Shown here piece after piece: positions 1 to 12,501 of a stretch of 26,669 nt of DNA (position 1 is the first letter of the stretch; each line of letters opens with the position of its first letter). Where the stretch lies: NCBI GenBank assembly GCA_964035545.1, contig CAXIUT010000290.1, forward strand, positions 1 to 26,669, written 5' to 3'. Under the pieces are notes generated by a model. That model was not told where the DNA came from. It did no database searches and saw nothing but the letters and a program-made list of their open reading frames with translations. The DNA is from Bugula neritina. Taxonomy: Eukaryota; Animalia; Bryozoa. The translations under genes were made by a program, and so were the position numbers.

Positions 1-451
1 TTCTTCATCAATGATTTTTGTTTAAAAATTCAGTAAAGATAAATCTATCGAAAAAAACCTTTTACTGCTTAAATAGCTAAAGAATACCATAATTTAATCA
101 AATTAGGAAGCTAAAATATTAAAATTTAATAGAAAATAAATCTCAAATATTAGAATACAAAGAATAACTTTAACCAACAGTTATCAATAATCATCAAGGG
201 ATAAAAAATTCTTTTGAAGAAATAATGGATAAATATTTTCTTAAGATAAACCTTTTTCAAAGAAATTTATCTTAATTATTTTATAATTTTAAATTTTACC
301 TCTTTAGATCTCTAAAAAAGGGCACCTATCAAGCTCTTTCAAAATCCCTAGAATATAAAATCAAAAATTAGTAAATAGAATTAATTATTAAATAGACTCC
401 TCCTCGAATAAATAGCACCATTAAAATGTTAATAGAAGATAGATTTCATGA
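1..451 (+). CDS. 3' part of a hypothetical protein, truncated at the window start; frame and end uncertain
   Basis: Frames 2 and 3 both read as K/E/N-rich protein with TAR=Glu, and each contains an internal TGA. The candidate end is TGA 449-451 (or 486-491), followed by an intergenic-looking GAT-rich AT tract. Confidence 0.3.
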
Positions 452-487
452 TTTATTTGATATTTATGATGATATAATTATTAGTTG

Positions 488-1264
488 ATGAACAAACACA
501 AGATAATAATAAGTAATTTTTGCATTGATTCAGAAGAATTCAGAAATAGAAATAAAACCCGAGCAGACTTAGGTCTCTAACCAATCAACACAACCTAACA
601 CCATTTCAAAGATGAAGAAGATCATCGATCGACTGATTATTATAATTAGTTAGACATTTCTCCTCTAGAAGAAGACTACTCAGCTATCTAAGACTTTATT
701 AAAGATACTTCATACGAACAACCACAAATATCTTACAATCCATATAACTTTTTCTTGTTTTAAAGCTAGGAATAAGAAAAATAAACGATTCCCAGTAGAA
801 TCATAGAAATCAATAGCCAGTACCTAGCAAAAATGTAAAAGTTCGAGAGTACATCGGTAAAAGTTTAAAAGAAAGTTCACTTCTAATCAAGCGTTAACTT
901 TGTTAATTTCAATAAAGAGAAACCACCTATTAATTTATTGAAACAAGATAAAAACCATGAAGATTAAGAAAGCTTATAAAATGTTTATTAGGCCCATTGA
1001 TATACATTAAAGCTTATTATTGACAAAATATCCTTATATTTACTGTTATCTTCAAACGGAAATGCCTAAGTCCACAAAAAATTTGAAATCAGTAAATAAA
1101 ATTTCAATTATTTTAGATTCAAAATAAAAAATACATATTTAATTTAATAAAGATTTCAAAATAACAGTCTTTCCAGGCCTTTAATATTATTTATTATTTT
1201 CGATTCTTATAGTTTAAAATTGAACTTTAATATTCCTATAATTACAATTCAAAGTAAGGTCTGA
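488..1264 (+). CDS. Hypothetical protein with a KKVHF (RVxF-like) motif; probable internal TGA at 998-1000
   Basis: ATG 488 gives MNKHKIIISNFCIDSEEF...KKVHFESSV. The frame continues protein-like past TGA 998 to TGA 1262-1264, which is 38 bp from the convergent neighbour's stop. Confidence 0.4.
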
Positions 1265-1302
1265 AATATTTTTATACAATTCAAATATATTTTAATTCAT
1301 AA

Positions 1303-1800
1303 TCATTATTATTTTTCCTTTGATTCCATTGACTACTTTTATTCATTTGATTTCTTCAATTCTTTTTAATTTTTTAATTCTTAAATTTCTTTGTTTTTCA
1401 TCTCCTCTCCTTGTGTTAGACTTTTGAAACTATCTAATATAATTTGTACTAAAGCAAAGAGAAGAAAAGTCCTACAAAAAGTAGAGTAACGAAAGATATG
1501 TGCATTCTGGCCATACCCTCAAGATAAAAGATAAAAACACCCATAACAATCATTCCTAAAAAAGTCAAACCAATAGCAATATGTAATGTAATATTAGATT
1601 GTAAAAAGTTAACAACAGGATTATCAATTCCTTCCCTATATGATTTTAGAATTACTTCTGTTAGTTTTACATCTATTGTTGATTTAATCGAAATAACTAC
1701 TATTTAATATCATATTCAATATATCAATCCGATAATTGTGATTTAAAGCTCTCATCTTAAGCAATTTCTTATTTTGAATATATATTCACTGTAAGATTTA
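1303..1800 (-). CDS. Small multipass membrane protein with a charged C-terminal tail; start uncertain
   Basis: Hydrophobic segments ITLHIAIGLTFLGMIVMGVFIFYL and HISFVTLLFVGLFFSLL. A 20-nt GT-AG intron at 1430-1449 is followed by the tail ...KEIEELKNEKELKK...KEKEE-TGA. The upstream frame contains in-frame TGAs (IIGLIY*I*Y). Confidence 0.5.
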
Positions 1801-1843
1801 TCATCTATTCAAATAATATATTTTTTAATATAATCATAAAAGA

Positions 1844-2535
1844 ATGAAGATCCATTTATACATAGATTACATCTCACAACCTTCAAGAACTCTCCTTGCA
1901 TTCTGCAAAATAAGTAAAATACCCATTTAAATCACATAAATCAGAATAGCTAAACTAGATGTATTTTCTTTACTACTAAGCATCTCAATTAGGAATATTA
2001 AAATATTAATCCCATGAAAAAAGTACCAGCTATAGTTGATACCTAAACAAAATTTTCACTCGGTTAAAGTCATGCGATAACTGATTATTTGATAAGAAAA
2101 TATAGACTAGAATAGCAATGGGGACTTGATAATTAATATCAAAGAGCAAAAATCAATGAATATTTACACTATCATCATCAAAATACAAGAAAATGCGCAT
2201 TTATTCTTTTTAATTAAGTTTTTTCAGGACTTTATCCAATAGATCAAAATTCTTTCTCAAAAGAAGTTCTTAGATCATAAGTAATCAAAATTCTTTCTTA
2301 TATTTAAGAATATTACTTCAAATAATCAATCTATATGATCGGAAAGAAGTTAACTGTAGCAGATTTGGCAGCTTTTTTTGAAATACAGTCATTAATTGTA
2401 GTTGATTATGATCTAAAACCTTGGAATAAGATAAAAAAATGGATTGAACACCTTTAAATGAACTAAGATATTCAAAAAACAAACGAAAAATTCAATAAAT
2501 TGATTCCCAGAATGAAAAAAAGATCAAAATTATGA
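1844..2535 (+). CDS. Glutathione S-transferase, theta class, with C-terminal SKL
   Basis: MKIHLYIDYISQPSR..., NPMKKVPAI, FSLG[TAA=E]SHAI, LTVADLAAFFEI; ends RSKL-TGA. One 20-nt intron at 1961-1980. Confidence 0.93.
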
Positions 2536-2585
2536 TTTTTAATTAATAATCATTGATAATTCAAAAAATAAAATAAAAATAACAA

Positions 2586-4685
2586 TCATTCTTTAACTCC
2601 TTAAAACATTAGTTGATTTTACTAAGATTTTCCACTCTTTCTTTATGGACCAATATTTCTGTTAATCTTATAAACATCAGAAGAAAATTAATAGTTCAGA
2701 TTACGAGGTTGTTCTTCTTTTATATTTTAGCCTTGAGTTCTAAATTCCGGCTGATTTGAGGGAAAGAAATGCTGAAGAGGAGGGTAGAGATACTAAGCTC
2801 TTGTATCTGGAAAAGCATTATTATTAGATTGATTATAAGAAGGAATTGGTCCTCGAGGAGGATAAGGGCAAAAAGAATTATAATAAGTAGGATAATTAGG
2901 ATTATAAGAAGGATAATTGTACATAGAAGGATTATTCTGATGATCTCCAAATTTAAATTTTGAATCATTTTCAGTATAAACCTGATTTTGATTCAAAAAT
3001 GATTTTTTTGAAGATTAATTGCCTTGATTTGGTTGATTTTTATTTGAATAGTTAATTTATGATACATAATTACCTTAAGTTGATTGGCTTTGATTAAAAG
3101 AAATACCTTGTTTATGTTGACTATTTTTAACTTAAGGGTATTGATAAGAATAATACATTTATGATGGCTGAGTAGCTTGTATCGGATGATTTTAATGAGA
3201 ATATGCTCCTTGAGGAGGATTATAAGTCTGCATATGTTGATTAGGATATGTCATATTATATGAAAAAGGTTGAGAATTGGGAATATTAGTTCTATTTTGA
3301 TTATTAAAAGAAGAATATCCTCTAGAAGAGTTATAAGGAACTTGATAAGGAACATTAAAATTATCAAAATGAGAAAAATTAGATTGATAATTAGATTATT
3401 AGAAATAAGGAAAATCTTTTTTAGTTTATAAAGATATAGAAGATTCTTTTTCAACATTTTATCCATTATTAATTAACTCTTTAATCATATTATTGCTTTT
3501 AGGTTTATTTTTAAAAGTATTTTCATAGTTTTAAAATTGCTTCATATTACTTTTCACATGAGTATACCTACACTCAGCTTAACTCTTCTTACAAAACCCT
3601 TTTTAATAATTTCTACATATATTATTAGACTTAATGGGTCTACGATCTTACTATCCATGAGCAAAGCTACATTCTTTAGCAGATTTTCGACATCTACCCT
3701 TACTGTAGTCAAAACAAAGTCTTGTCTTATAAAAACGTTGTTGCATATTATTCTGATTTTTCTGATTATTTTGATTATTTTTTAAAGATTAATTAGGCTG
3801 CTAGATTTTCTTGTTATAAATTTGGGGAACAGAGTTATTATTATCAAACAAGTTATTTTTATTTTATTCTGAATGATGGCTACTATCGCTTATACTGCTA
3901 TATTTAGGACTTTTTGGTTAAATATTTTATTCTATTTATTAATTATTAACTATTTTCAAATTTTCAGGTCTTTCAGATATCTATTGAACAGGTTAAATGT
4001 TAGCTTATTCATTTTGTTTGATAGAATTATTCAATTAATCGTTTTCGTTTACAGCTTATAAAAGCTTTTTCATCTAGTCTTTATCATAAGAGGCTTATTA
4101 TTTATTTCTAACTATTTACTGATCAAGATTCTCTTAAACAAGTTATTTTAAAGGAATAATTTCTTATTTTTATTTCTCATTCATTGGAATCGTCTATTTA
4201 TTTAGCTCATTAAGACTATCAATGCTTTAAAATGAGACATGATTGACATCAATATTAATATCTTTTTCATCTGATGCTTATTATTCTCTTGATTACAACT
4301 TTTATTTATCTTTTTGATGCTATTATTATTGTTCTTATATTTCTTTTTTTGATTTGAAAGGTGAAAAGTTTCTTTTTCTGTTTTTTCTTTGATGTTTTGG
4401 TTTTTTCTCTGACCTTTTTCTTCGGTTATCACGACTACGACTGAGTCTCTTTCTTTAATTTTCCTAATTAGCATTTATTCTTTCGTTATTACGAGTCTTT
4501 TTGTCTAAAGAATTAGAGCCAGACCTCTTTTGAGGGTGATCTTTTCTTTTGAGAAAAGCAAGTTTTTAGAAAGGAGAATTAAAAGAAGGTTAAGAAATAA
4601 CAGATTGACCAAAAGGATTCAATTTATCTGAATCAATAGACTTAGAAATATCAGAAAACATCTAGTTAGATGACTATTTACTCAT
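2586..4685 (-). CDS. Tandem CCCH zinc-finger (RNA-binding) protein with a low-complexity Y/P/N/Q/S C-terminus, 699 aa
   Basis: Intronless ATG 4685 to TGA 2586. Fingers at ~3555-3735 read YKTRLCFDYSKGRCRKSAKECSFAHG[TAG][TAA]DRR and ICRNYEKGFCKKSEAECRYTH. Confidence 0.85.
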
Positions 4686-4883
4686 GGTAACAAAAATATA
4701 ATTATAGCAAATCAAATCACTCTATTTATATCAGATGCATTTATAAAAGTAAATATCAATTCTATTTTTGTTTATTTATCACAATATTCTATTTCATAAT
4801 TTTTTATTATAAATCTTATTCAATAAATTCAAATCAAGTTACTACATTAAATCCATATATTATATAACTAAACCTCTTTACTT

Positions 4884-7800
4884 ATGCGAATCTATCTACT
4901 CTAACTCATCTTCCTCTTGCTAACAATAACAAATCAAGCAGGTTTTCTAACTAACATTAATCCCGCTGTCTCCACTATCAATGCCATAACAACTTATACT
5001 TGGGATATTGCATTCGACAGCTCAGTCAACAGACCTAACATCAATCTCACATTTCCATTAACATGTAAATTATCAATCAGTACAACTGCTACCTTAAATA
5101 ACGCTCTCCTCAACACAATTGTTTCAAACAACATTCTGATAATTACTAATGCTACCCTTCTATTCGATACTGTGTCTATCATAGTAACTAATGTTCAAAA
5201 TCCTTCTTCAGCAATTTCAACATCTTTATTTAGTGTCACCTCTGTTACTGATTCTACATTCTCTCTAACTTCTGTAAACTCCGTTCAATATCAAGGAGGA
5301 ACACTATCAAGCGCTTCATGGAATTTCAGTCTATGTACAGAACAACCTCACAGCAACTTGACTGTTACAATTACAACTCAAAACAATATACCAGCAGGTC
5401 CCAGTATCTTCTACATCAACTATGGTAGCTGGACAAATCATTATATTAAAAATTTACTAACAGATGTAACCTCACTCTCTTCTATGGTTAGTTTTAACAC
5501 AACTAACTATTAACCAACTACTTCTACTATTTTTAATAGTGTTTAACAAAAAATAACAATTACATATACACAACCTTCGAACTTCTCAGCTGGCAATATC
5601 TTAAATTTTATAGTTATAGGAGTTCAATCTCCACCCACTTAAACAACTCATACGACCTCTCCACCTTATTAAGTTTCAACAGCTGATATAAATGGCAGCA
5701 TTATAGATAAAAGTTCATCTATAGCCATCTAATCAACCTGTATACTCGCACGTAGCGATGGTACTTTCAATTCCAACCCAACTATCAACACGAACTTCTT
5801 CAATCCACAAATATCCTTTGCATCCTCTGTAATAATCACTATTCAAAGCTATGATACGATCGAACTACATTTCTAATAATTAGCCAACTTCAATGGATGT
5901 TCTAAATTAATTTTTTTGAGAAATAGTAGTATGCAAGCAACTCTTTCACAAACAGCTTCAAACTACTACTAGTTTAGCTTGTCATAAAATAATATATAGT
6001 ATTCGCAAGCTATTACCCTCAGTCCAGTCTGCACCCGTGTTCTTGTCACTAAATCTTAAACTCCTCAACTAGTTACTTTCAAATTCAAAAGATCAGGATC
6101 ACAGTATCTCTAACTCACATCTTATATTTATCCACAAGCCACCGCCCTACCCAGTAATAATAGCATAATCTCCCTAACAAACTATTAAATGACTGCAATC
6201 GGAGTCAACTATGTTATGAATATCATCACATCTCAACCTTTAAGTAATCTACCTCAGCTAAAAGTTACAATTCCATCCGATGTTAATGTAAATAATGCGC
6301 CTTCTTGTTCAGTAAGTATCAGTCCAGGAACAGTGACAAATCCGAGCTGTTTATTCGATTCAAGTACTAGAAATTTGACTGTTAACTTTACAGCATCATC
6401 AGAAATTTTAGCCAATACCAATATCACTCTTACTCTCTAATCCATAACGAATCCACCAATTTTAGACACGCAAATATTTGCACTTGAGACCTATTATAAT
6501 TCAACAGATTTAACTAGTAGAGTATAATATAGTTTATCAGCTTTTTCAGTTACCTATACAGGAATAACCAACTTCCCTTCAACTCTAACACCTACCGATA
6601 TGTCAGTATACAGTGACACCACAACTACCATCTCTCTTACTACTACAGTCTAACTGCCCAACAATTGTACTATCTATGTTGAATATCCAACATAATCTAG
6701 TATCATAACACTCAATAATTCACTAGCTATCAATGGCACAATCGAATCTAACACACTAACAAACCTTGGGAATAATAGCTTTACTATGACAGTGACTAAT
6801 GCCATCGCTACCAACTCAACTATCACTGTAACTTCTATCATTAGAACTCCATCTTCAATGGGAACATATAACTATGTTAAAATTAGTATCTATCAAGTGA
6901 ACACCTTATATCTCGATTCTAGCACTTCAATGGCACTTAATGTCAACTCAGTTAGTAGTCTGCAATCTATCCTCACCTCCAACAACCCTACTACTGGAGC
7001 TTTGTCCTCCTATACCTTGGTTATAACCATCACCACTCCTCATCCTTAAAATTTCTATTTAATTGTCAATTTGCCCACTGATATTAACTATACAAATGTT
7101 AGATCAACATGTGATGGCAATTGCACTTAAAATGTTACAAGCAGTAACTTTACTTCTTTCACTATTAATGTGACTAATAATCTGCCTAATAGCACAGGAT
7201 ATAATCTAACTTTCACTCTTAGCAATACTTTTACTAATCCCAGAGTAGTCGGCACTGCATAATCTTGGAGTATAGTTACTGCTACTACTTCTCCTATCAA
7301 TACTATTACTTCTTCCACAAATGCTCCATCTATTACCAATCCTAATACCCTTACAGCTAGTTTCAATTCAAATGATAACTATTATAAAAATAATATTGAA
7401 CCAATTAGAATGTCTTTTACCTTTAATAATACCCTTATCACTGGAGATTATATAATTCTTCTGATTTTAACAAGCACTTACTCCTAAAATACAGTTATAA
7501 CTTGTGCAACTATCTATGGAATTTGTTAAAAAGATAATTCAAGTACTACAGGGCAACTAGTCATCAAAATAACACCTAGTATCTCATAAATAACCAATAA
7601 TTTCTTTTCATTTACTCTATAAGGTCTAATCAGTGGCAATAGTATTGCTGATAGTATAAGCGTCACATCTTATAATCTTTTAGGACAAAAAATAGACGAA
7701 GGTACATTAGCATATCAACTAAGTTGTCTCGACAATACGATTCAATCTATCTTAAATAACTGCCAGACTTGTTACTCGAATGGATCATGTCTAACTTGCT

Positions 7801-10349
7801 ACACTTCAGATGGATTTTATCTGGAATCATAAAGATGTGTAACTGATTGTGGAAATGCAACTTCATATCAAAACTTTGGCAGTAATTCAACAGGATCATG
7901 TTAAATCTGTACTAACAACTGCTTTACCTGCATTTCATAAACCTATTGCCTTCGCTGTCAAAATAACTTCTATTACTACTCTAACAATACTTGTCAAGCT
8001 ATCTGCCCTACCAGTGGATTCATATCTAGCACCACTAGTACTGGCATTCTCATCTGCGAATCTTGCTATGGTGATAATTGTGCCCAGTGCACATCAGCAC
8101 TAAGTGGCGATTGCACATCTTGTACTAATGGCTCTGTTCTTTCCAATGGCATTTGCAGTACTACTTGTGCCAACTCCACCATGTATCCATCAACCGATGG
8201 AATCTGCTATGATTGTGATGTCAGTTGTCTTACTTGCACTTCTGGAGGTAATGGAGGATGTATTCAATGTGCTCTCAACTTTTATAACTATACCAATAGA
8301 TGCACTGATACATGTCCTCCAGGAACAGCCCCGTCATTTGGATTATGTACCTGTGATTATACCCAATGTGTTCTATGTTAAAATTCTATTACGAATTGTA
8401 CTGCTTGCAACTCATCTACTTTCCTTTCAGGTGGAAAGTGTCTATCTTCCTGTCCTGATCAATCTTATCAAAGCGGATCATAATGCATAAGTTGTTCTAC
8501 TGCCTGTCTTAACTGCTCAATAAATACTTGCTTTTCGTGTGTCGCAGGCAACTATCTATACAATAATTTGTGCTACTCAGATTGTAACCTCATCAGTCAA
8601 CAATATGATGTTTCAGGAACGACATGTGTCTTATGTCCTGATGGCTGTGACACGTGTCAATCAACTACTTGTACCACGTGCCTTTCAGATTATTCCCTTT
8701 CCTCATCTTCACGATGCATCTAGACTTGTCTGATCACCAATACATGCTAGTAAACAGTCTAGAAAGTTCTCCCACTGCCAGGACTGATCACTGTCGCACT
8801 CTGGACTATCATTGTTTTAATTACTAAATTTTTCTTAGTAAAAAATTATCTCCCTTATTCCCTTATTCTTTTCAATGCTGTAGCATAATTTATACTTGTT
8901 ATTGCTTTAATCGTATCAGCAAAAGATTTATAGGCAGTATCGTTAACAAGACTACTAGCAGCTACTAACTAGTAAAGAAATACTATCAGAATTTTACTTG
9001 GTTGTTCATTGGCTATCAACTATCTCAGTAACATCGTCTATGTTGTTATTTTTATCAAATATATCAAGCCTTTACTTATCAATCCTCAACAAATAGATGT
9101 TATTTCCAATGTAGTAGTTTTAATTCTTGCAACTCTCACAAACTTTAGATTTGCATTGATAGCATTCTCTAAAATGTTTCCTAAACCATCTATTCATATT
9201 CCAATGAGTAGCAAATTAACTCCAATTCACTACCTATGCATAACAACTATCTTTTTAGACCTGCTGCCCATTACAGCCTGCGGACTAGCTCTCTACAACG
9301 AACAACCTCTCTCAGATTTATTCATGCTAAGCATAGACCTCATCCTTATAGTCTCCTTCAATATCATTGTAACAATTTGGTTTGTAGCATGTACCAAACC
9401 TGACTAATACTATGAAGATGAAATAAAAAAGTATCATCTTGAAGATAGAAATGTAACTAATGAGAATGTTAAAGATTAGAAAAATATGTCCAATGCTCAA
9501 ATAGCTAATTAAACCATGCCTTTCTCAGAATAGTAATAAGTAGGTAATTTCAATAACCTCAACTTGTCTTATAAAAAATTACATAATCAATCAGGATCTA
9601 AATTCAGATCCAAAGGCAGATCTAATTCACCAGTCACTCTCAATGTAAGAAGCAGTCAGTCAGATATAGACAATACCAATAATGCTGTCAGAGGATCACC
9701 TAATAAATACGATCCATACAGTGATCCAAACTACTAACTTGGACTTAAATCAAGAAATAGTTCTAAAATAGTCAATATTATTCCTACTAGAGATTTGGAG
9801 CCAAGATAGAACAACAATTATCCTCAAAATCATGAAGATGGATTAAAACTAAAATAAAAAACATCACCTAAAAATTATTCTAAATAACCTTTTAGCCCAA
9901 GAGTACAACAACTATAAGATGTAGAAGATTAAGGATCAATGCCAGATCTATAACAAGATTCTAATTTTTAATCCAAATAAAAAGTATTCTAAAAACCTCA
10001 ATAAAGATTATCAAAACCGAGAAGAGTCACAACTTAAAAGAGAAATATAAAACAAAAACATCCCATAAAGAAAGGATAATAACCTATAAGAATGACTAAA
10101 AAATAAAATGTTGCATATTTCGATTCATAGAAGCCATCATCTCCAGCAGAATAAGATATATAGGAAATAATAAAACAAAAGATAAGGCAAAGTACTTTAA
10201 GAAAATCAACATCTGGTTAAGTGAAGCGATTTGCATAAGATAGTAATAATTCAGAAATTGGAAATGAATAAATTTCTCCTTCATGGTTCAATATACAAAA
10301 CCAGAGAATTTAACTTTCTGATTTCGATTAAAAATAATCAGAACCTTGA
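4884..10349 (+). CDS. Large surface/membrane protein (~1821 aa): signal peptide, S/T/N-rich ectodomain, furin-like Cys-rich repeats, ~6 TM helices and a long cytoplasmic tail
   Basis: ORF-track fragments at 4917, 6189, 6786, 8181 and 9009 share one frame once TAR=Glu. CxxC repeats lie at ~7720-8750 and hydrophobic helices at ~8770-9400. TGA at 10347-10349. Confidence 0.88.
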
Positions 10350-10563
10350 TCTTCTATGAACTAATTATCTTAAACATAGCTAGATAACTAATTTTATACT
10401 TTGTATTTAATGAAAATCTTGATAAAAAATATCAAAGAAGAACATCTACTCCTTGAATAATAAAAATAGTCATGATAATAGTTCTCTATTTGATCGATAT
10501 TTTTATTTGATAATTATTTAATCTTTATACTTAATATGAAAATTTGCAACAAACATAAACAGA

Positions 10564-11441
10564 TCAATCTCTCCATGCTTTTTCACAGTTATTGCATCTC
10601 ATAAATCTGGTCATCGGCTAATCTGAAGCCCTGATTTGCTTTTGATCTTCACAAAAAGCTCTCTTCTGATGACAATAACGACATTCTTCACAGGCATCTT
10701 TATTGATCCTCCTTTTCATATCTTCATAATATCCTACTGAATTCCTTTCTATCTCCTCCTTTTGAATCCTCTTTATATTTTACTTAGTCTTCTCATCAAA
10801 ATAAGTCTCTTAGCTATCATTAGCTAACTATTTGGGAGTTATCTCTCCAGTCAGCATACGAGCCTTAGATTAACGGCTGCTCTACTTGCTTAATCGAGTG
10901 CCAATCGACATCACTCTTTTGTTTAAAGTTTCATCAATCCTATCTAGATAGTCATAGTAGTACCATCAAATTTATATTTAAGTTCTTTGAGAGTAGCAAT
11001 GATGAAAGTTACAGTTTTAGGATCATCTTCAGCCTAAAGATAGTTTGTAACAAAATGTTTAAAAAGATATTTTAATAATTTTTAATCTCCAGCACCTCTA
11101 TCAACAGTCAATTCCTCAGGATAATTCACAATAAAATTACTTGATTTTTTCTCCAACACAGGCATCTTTTTCTTTTATTTTTCAGATATTTAGTGCATCT
11201 TCTTCAATATCTTCTTGCTTTTAATGCACAACTAGTACCATTTCACATCTACTAAACTCTCATCCACTCTAGTTATCTCCTTATGAAAATCAACCACAGC
11301 TTTAAGTATATCGTCCAGGTCCTGACCTTTAAATAATTTAGTCTGGCTGATCTTAGTGAGCACATTGGTTATGGTCTTGCCTGGTTGCTACCGCCAATCT
11401 TGTAGCACCTTCACAAACTCATCAATATCTCCATCGTTCAT
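10564..11441 (-). CDS. Transcription elongation factor TFIIS-like protein
   Basis: Central-domain-like LTGEITPKELA; C-terminal zinc ribbon CRYC...QIRASD[TAG=E]PMTRFMRCNNCEKAW. One 20-nt intron at 10944-10963. Confidence 0.88.
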
Positions 11442-11472
11442 AGTTATTGATTTGTTACGCAAAATATTTAAA

Positions 11473-12413
11473 TCAAGTAAAAATCATCAATTTGCTATAT
11501 TTTATTAAATAAGTCTCTAATTTTTAAAATTGCTGCTCTAAACACTCTCGATATTTGAGTATTTGTCTACGAATCGCACGAACCATCTCACAACGCACGC
11601 ATCCTTCGACATCTACCACTTCATTGATGTGTTTGATCATGTCTAATTCAATATTTTTAATTTAGTTACTCTTCGTAATGATAAATGTACTTTATTTGAC
11701 AAAAGAATCTCCTTTTCATGAAGAAAATCACAGTAGTTATTAAATATTTCTTTATTTCTCTCTATGTTTTTACCTTATTGCTTCTTGTATTCAGTCAATT
11801 TATTTTATTCTTACCTGCATCGATTATTTAACCTTTGAATTTCCATATTTAGTCCAATTATCTTCTCCTACAACTGCTGGATTCTCAATTCTCGTCTATA
11901 TTAACTTATTGTTTACTGATTATCATGACTAACACAACTTTCACATTTCTCTCTCTTTCTTCTTAAATTTCCCTCTTTACGTTAAATGGCACTTTCATCC
12001 ACCAACTTTTGGTACTCTCCTAATAACGCTTAAACCATTGAAAATGTTTTATCACTACACATCTATTTAATTTCTGATAAAACTTCAGTAAAATTCTTTT
12101 TATTTTGTCTTTAGCAATTATACCGGCTTTTTCTTTTAAGAGTAGTTCTTCCCTTTCTATCTTAAGAATTTTACTCATAGAAGCTGTAGCATTCAGTACT
12201 TTAAGTTATTGTACTTTCTATCATATTTTTTTTCTAGTCAATGTTCAACTTGGAAAGAAGAAGTTCAGTATCATTGATGATCTATGTCTCTCGAAGAACC
12301 AATTTTTATGATGCAAATTTTATATAAGAGTTAAAAAGAGTCAACTGAACGTCCTAGAATTTATTCTCTTGAGGAATCGAAGAATACGCAACTGATAACT
12401 TTTCTTCAAACAT
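11473..12413 (-). CDS. Hypothetical coiled-coil protein (~306 aa)
   Basis: ATG 12413; one 20-nt intron at 11671-11690 gives an intact frame to TGA 11473; E/K/R-rich heptad-like stretch. Confidence 0.65.
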
Positions 12414-12501
12414 CTATATTCTATTATAGTATCAATAACCTTTTAATCAATCGATAGAAATCTAAAATTATTAAATAGAACATATATATACCCAACAAAA
12501 A

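Noticed and set aside
2720-4474. Short I/L/R-rich ORFs from the supplied track (e.g. 2720-2968, 2769-2963, 3251-3466, 3537-3785, 3873-4061, 4202-4474)
   Set aside because: They are off-frame or antisense shadows of the CCCH gene, produced by using the standard genetic code.
7849-8733. ORFs 7849-8103, 8104-8490 and 8539-8733
   Set aside because: They are alternative-frame shadows of the Cys-rich region of the 4884-10349 gene.
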